64,000 bases of DNA from an uncultured delta proteobacterium (lineage in GTDB: Bacteria > Desulfobacterota > Syntrophia > Syntrophales > UBA2192). A program made the translations under genes and the position numbers. Every line of letters starts with the position of its first letter. Position 1 is the stretch's first letter. The notes beneath the pieces were generated by a model, which saw nothing but the letters and a program-made list of their open reading frames with translations, was not told where the DNA came from and searched no databases. Where the stretch lies: positions 96,001-160,000 of the forward strand of contig CAVPJD010000024.1 of the NCBI GenBank assembly GCA_963705165.1, in the 5' to 3' direction. This document shows positions 28,291 to 37,745 of this stretch, piece by piece.

Positions 28291-28600
28291 AGCTCCCCGC
28301 CCACAGGGCGGGGCTTCCCGGCAAGGAAAGAACCAAACATGATTGCGCGCCCTAACCCCGCCTACAAGGCGGGGCCTGCGGGACGCGCCCCCGGTCGACG
28401 CCGGAAGGGCAGGGTATCGGCGTCGTCCCGCCCAGGCAGTGAACTGCCGCCGGGCAAGCTCGGTGGCTTCTGAGCCAACCGGCCACGGCAACGTTGCTGC
28501 GGCGATTGATGATCAGGGGACTCGCCGTCCCCTGAAAACCCCGGCACTAAACGGGCCCATTCATCCCGCAAGCCAGCTTGCGGGTTTTCCGGCACACCAT
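28289..28600. mobile_element. Non-coding IS200/IS605-like (palindrome-associated) element remnant
   Basis: Hairpins CCCCGCCC-ACA-GGGCGGGG and CCCCGCCT-ACA-AGGCGGGG, then ATTCATCCCGCAAG..CTTGCGGGTTTTC; resembles HUH-transposon ends; no transposase present. Confidence 0.5.
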
Positions 28601-28685
28601 AGGCGTGTCCCTCCTTGACGATATCAAACCGATATGCGAAAAATTACGATAGGCGGCGTTCGAATTCGGAGCGCTTGCCGGCCGG
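28568..28685 (+). repeat. 118-bp direct repeat, copy 1
   Basis: Ungapped match to 32537-32654 (18 mismatches by hand count); identical 41-nt core at 28602-28642. Confidence 0.9.
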
Positions 28686-28763
28686 GGCGGCATCCACTCT
28701 TTACTGGCGGCCCACCGGGCGGGCGGACGTCGGCAACGTCATGCCTTGCGGAGTCCTGCAGGT

Positions 28764-29360
28764 TTATTTCTTATCCTTCGTTGGTTCATTGATGGCTTTT
28801 GGCGCATATTTCCGTTGCCGGCCGAACAATTTCAGCTGCACCGCAAGACCTGTAACTGCCACGAGGACAAATGCAATGATTGTGAAGTAATCCAAGACCC
28901 GTGAGCCGGGATAAAGCCAGGCACGAAATCCCCATGCCGCGATCATGGCACCATTGAGCGCGCTGGCCACCATGACCATTGCATCCTTGGCGTAGATGAA
29001 ACCGTAAAAGCCGGCCAAGGCGCCCGCCAGACCGACCAGCAAAGACAGATAAGTGGCTGAAGGCCACAGAGCCCCGAACAGGACCGTGACGAGGCCATAC
29101 CCGAGAATCGCCCCAGCAATGCCGATCATCACGCTCCAGTACAGGTAAGCCGCGCTGGCGAACAAGATCGCAAGAATGATTGCAACCACCAGGGCTGCTA
29201 TCGGGTAATCGGGTGCAACGACGGTGATTCCCACAATGTAGCCAATCATTCCTCCGTAAATCGGCAGTAAAATACGGAAAATGGGATAACCAAACAGCGC
29301 AAAGACTGCACCATATGCCATGGCCAACACACCTACAAGAGAACTCGGCATAAATCTCAA
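28764..29360 (-). CDS. Multi-TM membrane protein (DUF4203-like)
   Basis: FGYPIFRILLPIYGG, about 7 TM segments; visibly more AT-rich codons than neighbours. Confidence 0.75.
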   Translation of the reverse strand: MRFMPSSLVGVLAMAYGAVFALFGYPIFRILLPIYGGMIGYIVGITVVAPDYPIAALVVAIILAILFASAAYLYWSVMIGIAGAILGYGLVTVLFGALWPSATYLSLLVGLAGALAGFYGFIYAKDAMVMVASALNGAMIAAWGFRAWLYPGSRVLDYFTIIAFVLVAVTGLAVQLKLFGRQRKYAPKAINEPTKDKK

Positions 29361-29546
29361 TCCCCCTTTCTATTCTCTAGAGTTCATGACGGGTATTGCA
29401 GAGAGATCTTCTTGAAATTTCCGGAGGCAACTCCTCTGCGAAAAAATAACAGCCGTCTCCTCACAACATCATCAAGATGTGCAATCGTTTTCTCATGGCG
29501 GAAACCATCCAGAAGCGGATGCTATTCAAGGGGAGGGGCGTCCATT

Positions 29547-29851
29547 TTACTGCCGGGCCTCGATGCTCTGCTGCCGGGTCGTGTGCGGCACGAGGCGGCC
29601 CTTCGGGTCGATCTCGAAGCGGTAAGTATTCCGCAACAGACCCAGGAAGCGGGTTTCCTGCTCGCTCAGCGGCTCCTCGCAAGCCATCATCTATGGCCAC
29701 AGAGTCGGGCGTCAGCGCGATCTGCTCCGGGAGAACATCTCTCCCCGGATCACCAGCGCTCCTCCACTGCCGGGTCCGTGCGGACCGGGATGGCACAGCC
29801 CGCCAGGACCGCGGCAGCGACAAACAAAAACGCAATTCTCGACGCGATCAT
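29547..29851 (-). pseudogene. Decayed META-domain lipoprotein
   Basis: MIASRIAFLFVAAAVLAGC lipobox, then an early TGA; another frame gives MMACEEPLSEQETRFLGLL...FEIDPKGRLV, a META C-terminal signature. Confidence 0.65.
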
Positions 29852-29887
29852 GGTTCCATTGCCGGTCCCATGCCGCTCGGACGTGGG

Positions 29888-30454
29888 TTAGAGATCCAGC
29901 CGGGTGATGCGCGTCCCGTCCAGCGTGATGCCCGCCATGAGACCGCGGTTGGAAAGCACGTATCCGACGACGGGCTGCTGCGCCGTGGCAGTGGTCACCT
30001 GGGCGCTCGCGCCCACGGAGATCAAGGTCACCGATGCGTCGGTGCCCGCCGTCCAGCCCCGGCTGTCCTGAAACCGCTTCAACGCCTCGTCCGTCATGAA
30101 CAGGATAAAGACCGCCGTCGACTGGGCGCCGGCCTGCAGGCCCCACGATCCGCTCGTCGTGGCGTGATAGCTCACCGTATTTCCGCCGACGCGCAACACG
30201 CCATTGCCGCGCGAGGCACCGAAGACAAAGCCGGCCTCCAGCACGGACGGGAACACCAGCACGCCTCTGGCCTGGCGCACCATCTGCTCCGATCCGGCGA
30301 CCTGTGCATAGAGCCTGGAGAGCGCAGCGTCGGCGTTGGTGTCAAGGCTGCGACGCGTCAAGTCGGGGTCGCCCGAACTCGTGCCCGTGGTGGTGCAGCC
30401 GAAGGCCAACATCAGGATAGCGATCAAAACGGATACAAAGATTTTCTTGTTCAT
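29888..30454 (-). CDS. Ysc84/SYLF-like lipid-binding lipoprotein
   Basis: Lipobox AFGC, GVLVFP, GLQAGAQ, GLMAGITLDG. Confidence 0.85.
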   Translation of the reverse strand: MNKKIFVSVLIAILMLAFGCTTTGTSSGDPDLTRRSLDTNADAALSRLYAQVAGSEQMVRQARGVLVFPSVLEAGFVFGASRGNGVLRVGGNTVSYHATTSGSWGLQAGAQSTAVFILFMTDEALKRFQDSRGWTAGTDASVTLISVGASAQVTTATAQQPVVGYVLSNRGLMAGITLDGTRITRLDL

Positions 30455-30601
30455 AAACATCCTCCTTCTTTTGAGATTCGATTATCGAGATACGCGGAAT
30501 CCGACATCCCCTTCATGCCTGTTCAAGCATGAATCAACCGTCCTTCCATTCTCTGTATGCCTGCGCGGGAGAATCAAGTCAACCTGAACTTTATGGGGTA
30601 A

Positions 30602-30630
30602 TTGACAAGATCACGCAGAAACGGTATTTT
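30602..30630 (+). promoter_or_regulatory. Sigma70-type promoter
   Basis: TTGACA-N17-TATTTT upstream of the HAD gene. Confidence 0.5.
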
Positions 30631-30721
30631 TTACATATTTTACCCGCATGGGCCCGGACCGAGGTCACGGGCGCGTCGTGATGGGCAGCCGTTATTGACA
30701 CAGTAATACCAGGAGATTGCC

Positions 30722-32359
30722 ATGACGAAAGACTCGCTTACCGAAGTCATGCCCGGTCCGCTGTCTTTCGCAGACGCGGCCTTGGCCGACGACCCTCTTC
30801 CATCCTGGAACGACGGGCCGACAAAGCAGAGCATCTTCAGCTTCGTCGAAAAGGTGACAACGGAAGGCTCGCCCTCTTTTGTCCCCGTCCCCGAACGAAT
30901 CGCCACCTTCGACAACGACGGGACGCTCTGGTGCGAGCAGCCGGTGCCCGTGCAGGTGTACTTCGCACTCGACCGCGTGAAGGCCCTTGCGTCGCAGCAC
31001 CCCGAGTGGAAGACCAAGGAACCGTTCGCCTCGCTGCTCAAAGGGGACTTGAGGGCCACGCTCGCCGCCGGCGACGAGGCGCTGCTCGAAATCGTCATGG
31101 CCACCCACGCGGGCATGAGCACCGTGGAGTTCGGCCGGATCGTCGAGGATTGGATCGCCACCGCGAAGCATCCGAAGACCGGCAGGCTCTTCACCGAAAT
31201 GACCTACCAGCCAATGCTCGAAGTGCTCGCCTACCTGCGCGCCAACGGCTTCAAGAACTTCATCGTCTCGGGCGGCGGCATCGAGTTCTTGCGCCAATGG
31301 GGAGAGCGCGTTTATGGCGTCCCGCCGGAGCAGGTCATCGGCAGCAGCATCGAGACCCGGTTCGAGATGCGCGACGGCAACCCGGTGCTCTTGCGCCTGC
31401 CGAAATTGAGCTTCAACAACGACAAGGCCGAAAAGCCCGTCGCCATCAACCAGCATATCGGCCGCCGGCCGATTGCCGCATTCGGCAATTCCGTGGGTGA
31501 CCAGCACATGCTGGAATACACGCAGGGCGGCAGCGGCGCGCGATTCGGACTGCTCGTGTTGCACGATGACGCGGCACGCGAATACGCCTACGGCCCGGCA
31601 CTGGGCATGCCCGCGCCCCAGCTCGGGGCCTTCACGCCGGCTCTTTACGAGCAGGCGAAGAGAGCCGGGTGGACCGTCGTCAGCATGAAGGACGATTGGA
31701 AGCAGGTCTTCCCGCTCGAGCCGAGCTCGGTCACCGCCATCAACATCCTGCTGGAGCCTGACGCCACGATGCTCCAGCGTTGCGAAGCGAACAACGCCCG
31801 TCTGCTGAAGGTTTTCCCGAAGGGTTTCGCGCTGGATGCGACGCACCGCCCGCACGTCACGCTCCTCCAGCGTTTCGTTCGCACGGCGGACCTCGACAAG
31901 ATCTATGCTGCCGCAGGGAAGGTTTTCGCCGGCACCCATGTGCTCGGCTTGCGCTTGGAGGCTTTCAGGTACTACTACATCCCGAGCGGCGCCATTGGAC
32001 TTGCGGGCATTGTCGCCAGGCCGACTCCTGAATTGCGCGAGCTGCAACAGGACTTGATTGATGCCGTGGCCCCGTTCACTTTGGCAACCGGACTCTCGGA
32101 TGCCTTCGCCACGACACCGGATGATCCCGTCATCGACCCGCTTCTGATCGACTACGTTTCGACGTTTGTGCCGAAATCATCCGGCGAGCATTTCGATCCG
32201 CACGTCACCACGGGCGTTGCGCCCCGTGATTACCTCGACAAGATGCTCGCTGAACCGTTTGAGTCGTTCACATTCTCGCCGGCAGGCGCAGCCGTCTACC
32301 AGCTGGGCCAGTTCGGCACCGCTGCGAAGAAACTCCATGAATGGGGCTTGAAGCGCTGA
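30722..32359 (+). CDS. HAD-superfamily phosphatase fused to a 2H phosphoesterase (2'-5' RNA ligase-like) domain
   Basis: FDNDGTLW, IVSGGG, AFGNS..D, SMKDDW; then PHVTL and PHVTT (two HxT motifs). Confidence 0.85.
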   Translation: MTKDSLTEVMPGPLSFADAALADDPLPSWNDGPTKQSIFSFVEKVTTEGSPSFVPVPERIATFDNDGTLWCEQPVPVQVYFALDRVKALASQHPEWKTKEPFASLLKGDLRATLAAGDEALLEIVMATHAGMSTVEFGRIVEDWIATAKHPKTGRLFTEMTYQPMLEVLAYLRANGFKNFIVSGGGIEFLRQWGERVYGVPPEQVIGSSIETRFEMRDGNPVLLRLPKLSFNNDKAEKPVAINQHIGRRPIAAFGNSVGDQHMLEYTQGGSGARFGLLVLHDDAAREYAYGPALGMPAPQLGAFTPALYEQAKRAGWTVVSMKDDWKQVFPLEPSSVTAINILLEPDATMLQRCEANNARLLKVFPKGFALDATHRPHVTLLQRFVRTADLDKIYAAAGKVFAGTHVLGLRLEAFRYYYIPSGAIGLAGIVARPTPELRELQQDLIDAVAPFTLATGLSDAFATTPDDPVIDPLLIDYVSTFVPKSSGEHFDPHVTTGVAPRDYLDKMLAEPFESFTFSPAGAAVYQLGQFGTAAKKLHEWGLKR

Positions 32360-32536
32360 GGCATGGTACAGCGACCGCTTCAGCGCAATCGAAGGGCCGC
32401 TTCCCGGAAGGTCGATAGGCGGACGAGGGTCAACGGTGCTTGGCTCGTTTACCCGCGCCTTGTCGATGCGCTCCGAGGTTCAAGACAGGCCACGAAGCTT
32501 CTAACAAGGAAGGGATCGCCGTCCTCAAGTCCCTTT

Positions 32537-32654
32537 GCAAGCATGCTTGCGGGTTTTCTGGCACACCCCCGGCGTGTCCCTCCTTGACGATATCAAACCG
32601 ATATGCGAAAATATTCAACTGGCGCCGTTCGAATGCGGAACACTTGACGACCGG
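32537..32654 (+). repeat. 118-bp direct repeat, copy 2 (upstream of sulP)
   Basis: Matches 28568-28685; contains TTGACG-N17-GAAAAT and the dyad ATATC-N5-GATAT. Confidence 0.9.
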
Positions 32655-32695
32655 ATCGGGGGCGCATTCGAAGACAAAGGGCCAAGACAACCCGT

Positions 32696-34423
32696 ATGGA
32701 ACAGCTTCTGACCGCGGCACGGCGCCTGAAGCCCGAGCGCCGTCATCTCTTGTCCGATTCGATCGCCGGGCTCACCTTTGCCGTGGTCAACGTGCCACAG
32801 GCGATGGCGCACGCGCTGCTGGCGACGGTCAATCCGATCATCGGCATCTACACGTTGATGGTCGCCGTGCCCATCGGAGCCATCTTCACCAGCTCCGTCT
32901 ACATGAACGTGTCCAGCACCGCCGCGCTGTCGGTGGCCGCCGGCGCCGTGCTGGCAGACATCCCTGCCGGCCAGAAGCTGGAGGCGCTGGCCGTGCTGGT
33001 GCTGCTGGCGGGCGTGATCCAGCTGCTGATGGGCTTGTTCCGGCTGGGTTTCCTGATCCGTTTCGTCTCTGGCGCGGTGATGACCGGCTTTCTCAACGGA
33101 GTGGCCGTGCTGATCATCCTGGGCCAGTTGAGCGACCTGACGGGCTACAAGAGCGCATTCTCCAACCGGGTCGCCCAGGCGTTCGATCTTCTCCTGCGGA
33201 TCGGCCAGATCGACGTGCAGGCGACGACCATCGGCGGGGTGACGCTGGGCCTGATGGTGCTGCTGCTGCTCACGCCGCTGCGGCGGTTTGCCTTCATCCT
33301 CTCCATTGCCGCGGCGACCATCCTGCTGGCTCTCCTGAACCTCCCGGCCCTGCCCGCAGCCGTCTCCTTCGCCACGGTCCCAACGGTCGGCGACATCGCC
33401 GCGATTCCGCGTTCCCTGCCCGGACTCGCGCTTCCCCGGCCGTCGCTTTTCCTGTCGCTGCTGCTGCCGGCCTTCTCCGTGGCCCTCATCGGCCTGATCC
33501 AGGGCGCAGGCGTCAGCCAGGGCACCCCCAACCCCGACGGTAAGTACCCTGACGTGTCGCGCGACTTTCTGGGCCAGGGAGCCGCCAACATCGCCACCGG
33601 TTTTGTCGGCGGGGTCCCGGCCGGCGGGTCGATCTCGGGCACGGCGCTGATCCAGGGCGCCGGCGCCAAATCGCGCTGGACCAATATCTTCGCCGGGCTG
33701 TTCGTGGCCGTCGTCGTGCTGCTGGCCGCGCCGCTGGTCGAGCGGGTGCCCATGCCCGCGCTGGCCGCATTGCTCATCGTGGCCGGTTTCCAGGGCCTGC
33801 GCGTCCCACAGGCGGTGATGGCCTGGAAGACCGGCAGGGTCCCGACGGTGGTCATGATCGTCACGTTTGCTGCCACGTTGCTCGTTTCGCTGCAATATGC
33901 GATCTTGTTCGGCATGACCCTCAGCATTGTGCTCTACGTCTTTCACCAGTCGAACAAAGTCGTCGTGACCCAGTGGGTGCTGCAGCCGGAAGGGTTTCCG
34001 CTGGAACAGCCGGCGCCCAGGCGGTTGCCCGGCCGCCGGTTCACCCTCCTGAACGTCTACGGCAGCCTGTTTTTCGCCGCCGCCAAGAACCTGGAAGAGA
34101 TGCTGCCGGAGGTCGGCGACGCCGGCCACGCCGTGGTCGCCATCATCCTGCGCGGCAGAAGCGAGATCGGGAGCACGTTCGTGACCGTGCTGCAGCGCTA
34201 TGCCCAGGTCCTGCTGGACCGTGACAGCAAGCTGATGCTGGTCGGTGTCGATCCGGCCGTGCGCGATCAGCTCGCCCGGACGGGGGTGCTCAAGCTGATT
34301 GGAGAGGAGAACGTCTTTGTGGCCACGCCGCAGATCGGCGAGGCCCTGAACCAGGCTGTGGCTGCAGCCACGACCTGGCTTGGCCAGACCCCGGCGGACA
34401 AAGGGGGAAAAAACGATGAGTGA
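32696..34423 (+). CDS. SulP/SLC26 anion permease with STAS domain
   Basis: AGLTFAVVNVPQAMA, GQGAANI, GSISGT, GSLFFAAA. Confidence 0.92.
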   Translation: MEQLLTAARRLKPERRHLLSDSIAGLTFAVVNVPQAMAHALLATVNPIIGIYTLMVAVPIGAIFTSSVYMNVSSTAALSVAAGAVLADIPAGQKLEALAVLVLLAGVIQLLMGLFRLGFLIRFVSGAVMTGFLNGVAVLIILGQLSDLTGYKSAFSNRVAQAFDLLLRIGQIDVQATTIGGVTLGLMVLLLLTPLRRFAFILSIAAATILLALLNLPALPAAVSFATVPTVGDIAAIPRSLPGLALPRPSLFLSLLLPAFSVALIGLIQGAGVSQGTPNPDGKYPDVSRDFLGQGAANIATGFVGGVPAGGSISGTALIQGAGAKSRWTNIFAGLFVAVVVLLAAPLVERVPMPALAALLIVAGFQGLRVPQAVMAWKTGRVPTVVMIVTFAATLLVSLQYAILFGMTLSIVLYVFHQSNKVVVTQWVLQPEGFPLEQPAPRRLPGRRFTLLNVYGSLFFAAAKNLEEMLPEVGDAGHAVVAIILRGRSEIGSTFVTVLQRYAQVLLDRDSKLMLVGVDPAVRDQLARTGVLKLIGEENVFVATPQIGEALNQAVAAATTWLGQTPADKGGKNDE

Positions 34424-34859
34424 CCGGGAAGCCGGCAAACAACCCGAACGGTTCGAGGTTCGCGCAACGGCCGACAGTCATTTTGCCTGGGTGCGCACGC
34501 GGCTCGCCGTCGAACGCACGCTGATGGCCTACATGCGCACGGCCGTCTCGCTGATCGGATTCGGCTTCGCGATCGTCCAGTTCTTCGAACGCTTTCACAA
34601 TATGCCCGGGGCCGCTCCCGCCCGATATCCGGACGCCGCGTGGTACCTGGGGCTTACGCTGATCTTCTGCGGCGTCGTGGCGATGGTCATCTCGGTCTGG
34701 GAGTTCCGCTGGACGCTTCGTTACCTGTGGGGCGGAAGTTTCGCGAAGATCGCAGGCGTGACGGCGGAGGGAAGGCAAACCCCGCTTTACGCGGTTGCCA
34801 TCGCCCTGATCTTCGTCGGCATCTTTGCCTTTGTTGTTGTGCTGCTGCGTCTCGTATAG
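34416..34859 (+). CDS. DUF202 (YidH family) membrane protein, copy 1
   Basis: RTRLAVERTLMAYMRTAVSLIGFGF; ATGAGTGA overlap with sulP. Confidence 0.88.
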   Translation: MSDREAGKQPERFEVRATADSHFAWVRTRLAVERTLMAYMRTAVSLIGFGFAIVQFFERFHNMPGAAPARYPDAAWYLGLTLIFCGVVAMVISVWEFRWTLRYLWGGSFAKIAGVTAEGRQTPLYAVAIALIFVGIFAFVVVLLRLV

Positions 34860-34929
34860 CGGTTCGCGCGGAGAAAACATCCACTGCTAAACTGATTTAA
34901 TAAGTCAAACCGATCAAAAGGAGGGTGAA

Positions 34930-36423
34930 ATGGCTAAACCAAACAAACCGAACATCCTGATCCTCTGGGGTGACGACATCGGCTGGTGGAACATCAGCTA
35001 CAACAGCCGCGGCCAGATGGGCTACCGCACGCCCAACATCGACCGCGTGGCCAACGAGGGCGTGGCCTTCACCGACTACTACGCCCAGCAGAGCTGCACG
35101 GCGGGCCGCGCCGCCTTCATCACCGGCCAGAACCCGATGCGCACGGGGCTGACCAAGGTGGGGATGCCCGGATCTGACATGGGGCTCAGGCCGGAAGACC
35201 CGACCATCGCCGAGTTGCTCAAGCCGCATGGCTACGCGACCGGCCAGTTCGGCAAGAACCACCTGGGCGACAAGGACGAATTTCTGCCGACCCTGCACGG
35301 CTTCGACGAGTTCTTCGGCAACCTCTACCACCTCAACGCCGAGGAAGAGCCCGAAGACCCGGACTACCCGAAGAACCCCGAGTTCAAGAAGCGGTTCGGC
35401 CCCCGGGGCGTTCTTCACTGCTGGGCCGACGGCAAGGGCGGGCAGAAGATCAAGGACACCGGGCCGCTGACGAAAAAGCGGATGGAAACCATCGATGACG
35501 AGGCGACGGAACACGCCCTCAACTTCATCGACAAGTCCCAGAAAGAAGGGAAGCCCTTCTTCGTCTGGTACAACACGACGGCCATGCACTTCCGCACTCA
35601 CATTGCCGATAAGCACAGGGGCAAGAGCGGGCAGGGGGACTACAATGACGTGATGGTCGCCCATGACGAGAATATCGGGAAGATGCTGGCGAAGCTCGAT
35701 GAGCTGGGCATCGCCGAAGACACCATCGTCATGTACTCCACGGACAACGGTGTGCACTACAACACCTGGCCGGACGGTGGCATCACGCCGTTCCGGTCCG
35801 AGAAGAACACCAACTGGGAGGGCGGCTGGCGCGTGCCGGCCTTCGTGCGCTGGCCGGGCAAGTTCAAGGCGGGCACGGTCGTCAACGGCATCGTCACCCA
35901 CCAGGACTGGCTGGCGACGTTCCTGGCGGCTGCCGGAGAGCCGGATATCAAGGAGAAGCTCCTGAAGGGCCACAAGATCGGCAACAAGACCTACAAGGTC
36001 CATATCGACGGCTTCAACATGCTGCCCTACCTGAGCGGCAAGGTGAAGGAGAGCCCCCGGGAGTTCTTCTTCTACATCAGCGACGACGGCGATATCATGG
36101 CGCTCCGGATGGGCGACTGGAAAGTGGTGCTGGCGGAGCAACGGGCGAAGGGGCTGATGTGCTGGGCCGAGCCGTTCGTGAAGCTGCGGATCCCGAAGAT
36201 GTTCCATCTGCGGCGCGACCCCTTCGAGCGGGCCGACGAGAACTCGAACACCTACTTTGACTGGATGATCTCCCACGCCTACATCATGTACATGATGCAG
36301 GGGATCGTGGCGCAGCAAATCGAGAACTTCAAGAAGTTTCCGCCGCGCCAGAAGCCGGCCTCGTTCAACCTGGACGCGGTGCTGCGGACACTGGAGGACG
36401 CGGGCGGCGGGGCAACCCACTGA
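34930..36423 (+). CDS. Cys-type formylglycine-dependent sulfatase, no signal peptide
   Basis: PNILILWGDD, SCTAGRAAFITG (CxAxR), GKNHLG, TDNG, WEGG.RVP. Confidence 0.93.
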   Translation: MAKPNKPNILILWGDDIGWWNISYNSRGQMGYRTPNIDRVANEGVAFTDYYAQQSCTAGRAAFITGQNPMRTGLTKVGMPGSDMGLRPEDPTIAELLKPHGYATGQFGKNHLGDKDEFLPTLHGFDEFFGNLYHLNAEEEPEDPDYPKNPEFKKRFGPRGVLHCWADGKGGQKIKDTGPLTKKRMETIDDEATEHALNFIDKSQKEGKPFFVWYNTTAMHFRTHIADKHRGKSGQGDYNDVMVAHDENIGKMLAKLDELGIAEDTIVMYSTDNGVHYNTWPDGGITPFRSEKNTNWEGGWRVPAFVRWPGKFKAGTVVNGIVTHQDWLATFLAAAGEPDIKEKLLKGHKIGNKTYKVHIDGFNMLPYLSGKVKESPREFFFYISDDGDIMALRMGDWKVVLAEQRAKGLMCWAEPFVKLRIPKMFHLRRDPFERADENSNTYFDWMISHAYIMYMMQGIVAQQIENFKKFPPRQKPASFNLDAVLRTLEDAGGGATH

Positions 36424-36642
36424 CCTGTCGTCTCATCGATTGAACCGAAGGTGCCGTGCCCGACGCACGCGACGGGCACGGCACCCGTTGACCTGAGACG
36501 CGACAAGCTGTTCAAACGGTCTCGCCGTGCCGGCTGGATCATGGCCCGCTCGATTGTCTGAAGGGGTCCGGCGAGGATTTCATTGCGAGCCACGGACCTC
36601 ATTTTGGAATGGTTTATCGATGGAAGAAACACCCCTAATCTC

Positions 36643-36696
36643 GTAGGGCCCGATCCCCGATCGGGCTTGTTGGGCCGTTCGGGGAACGGCCCCTAC
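36643..36696. repeat. GTAG-type REP doublet
   Basis: GTAGGGCCCGATCCCCGATCGGGC...GGCCGTTCGGGGAACGGCCCCTAC: two inverted GTAG-plus-palindrome units. Confidence 0.65.
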
Positions 36697-36795
36697 ATCC
36701 TTCGACTACGGGTTGTGCTGCTTCTTAAGAGCCCCCTCACCGGTCGCCGCTGCCGTGAAACGGACCGGGCACAATGATCGGCACAGGAGGATTTC

Positions 36796-37167
36796 ATGAA
36801 GGAATGGCTGACCTTCATCGTCGAATACGCGGTCTTGATCATCCATGCGATGGCGCTGGTGATCATCATCATCGGGACGATCGAGGCTTTCCTCCGGAGC
36901 CTTTGCGCCGTCTTCAGCCCGTCGGCGGGCGGCCGCCCGTTTCGTGATGCCTATATGCGCTATGCGCGCTGGCTGGTGGGCGGGCTGACGTTCCAGCTTG
37001 CCGCGGACATCCTCGAAACTTCCATCGCGCCCACCTGGGATGAAATCGGGCGCGTCGGCGCTATCGCGGTGATTCGAACCTTTCTCAACTACTTCCTCGA
37101 GCGTGACCTGGCCGAGGTGGAGCGGCACGCTGCCGAGTCGCACGAGGCAGTCGATACGTCACCGTAA
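36796..37167 (+). CDS. DUF1622 membrane protein
   Basis: GLTFQLAADIL, PTW, IRTFLNYFL. Confidence 0.88.
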   Translation: MKEWLTFIVEYAVLIIHAMALVIIIIGTIEAFLRSLCAVFSPSAGGRPFRDAYMRYARWLVGGLTFQLAADILETSIAPTWDEIGRVGAIAVIRTFLNYFLERDLAEVERHAAESHEAVDTSP

Positions 37168-37229
37168 AACTGTTGCTCCACCAGCCCTGCCGGGTTTCGA
37201 TGCGTTGTACAGGAGAAGGAGCCTGGACG

Positions 37230-37745
37230 ATGACAAAGACCGTATCGAAGACTAAAATTCTGCTGGCTCGATTGGTGGTCGCGCTGATGCTCGCCTTCAT
37301 CGTTCTGGGCGTGGTGTTGTACGGCGTATCGGCGGATGTTCTCGAGCGCATCTGGCAAAACATGCTCGATCGTACAGGCGGGCCGATGACCTTCCGTTTC
37401 TTCCTTCAGCCCATCATGGCGTCGATTGCCGCGCTGTTCGACGGCGTCAAGGACGCCCGGGCCGGGCGCTCTTACTATCTCTGGACGATTCTCACCGATC
37501 CGGCCAAGCGCGCCGACCGCCTGCACGAGGGGCTGATCTCCACCGCCCGGGTCATTCTCCTGGGGCTGTGCATGGACGTGATCTATCAATTCATCGAGTT
37601 CAAGACGTTCCACCCCGCCGAGGCGGTCATCATCGCGCTTCTGCTTGCCTTTGTCCCCTACGTGCTGCTGCGTGGCCCGATAGCGCGCATTGCGCGCTGG
37701 TGGCGCGGCAAAGGGCCTGCGAGAGAAAAGGTGAACCATGAGTGA
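37230..37745 (+). CDS. Hypothetical membrane protein
   Basis: GPMTFRFFLQP, PYVLLRGP, 4 TM segments; overlaps the next gene by ATGAGTGA. Confidence 0.75.
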   Translation: MTKTVSKTKILLARLVVALMLAFIVLGVVLYGVSADVLERIWQNMLDRTGGPMTFRFFLQPIMASIAALFDGVKDARAGRSYYLWTILTDPAKRADRLHEGLISTARVILLGLCMDVIYQFIEFKTFHPAEAVIIALLLAFVPYVLLRGPIARIARWWRGKGPAREKVNHE

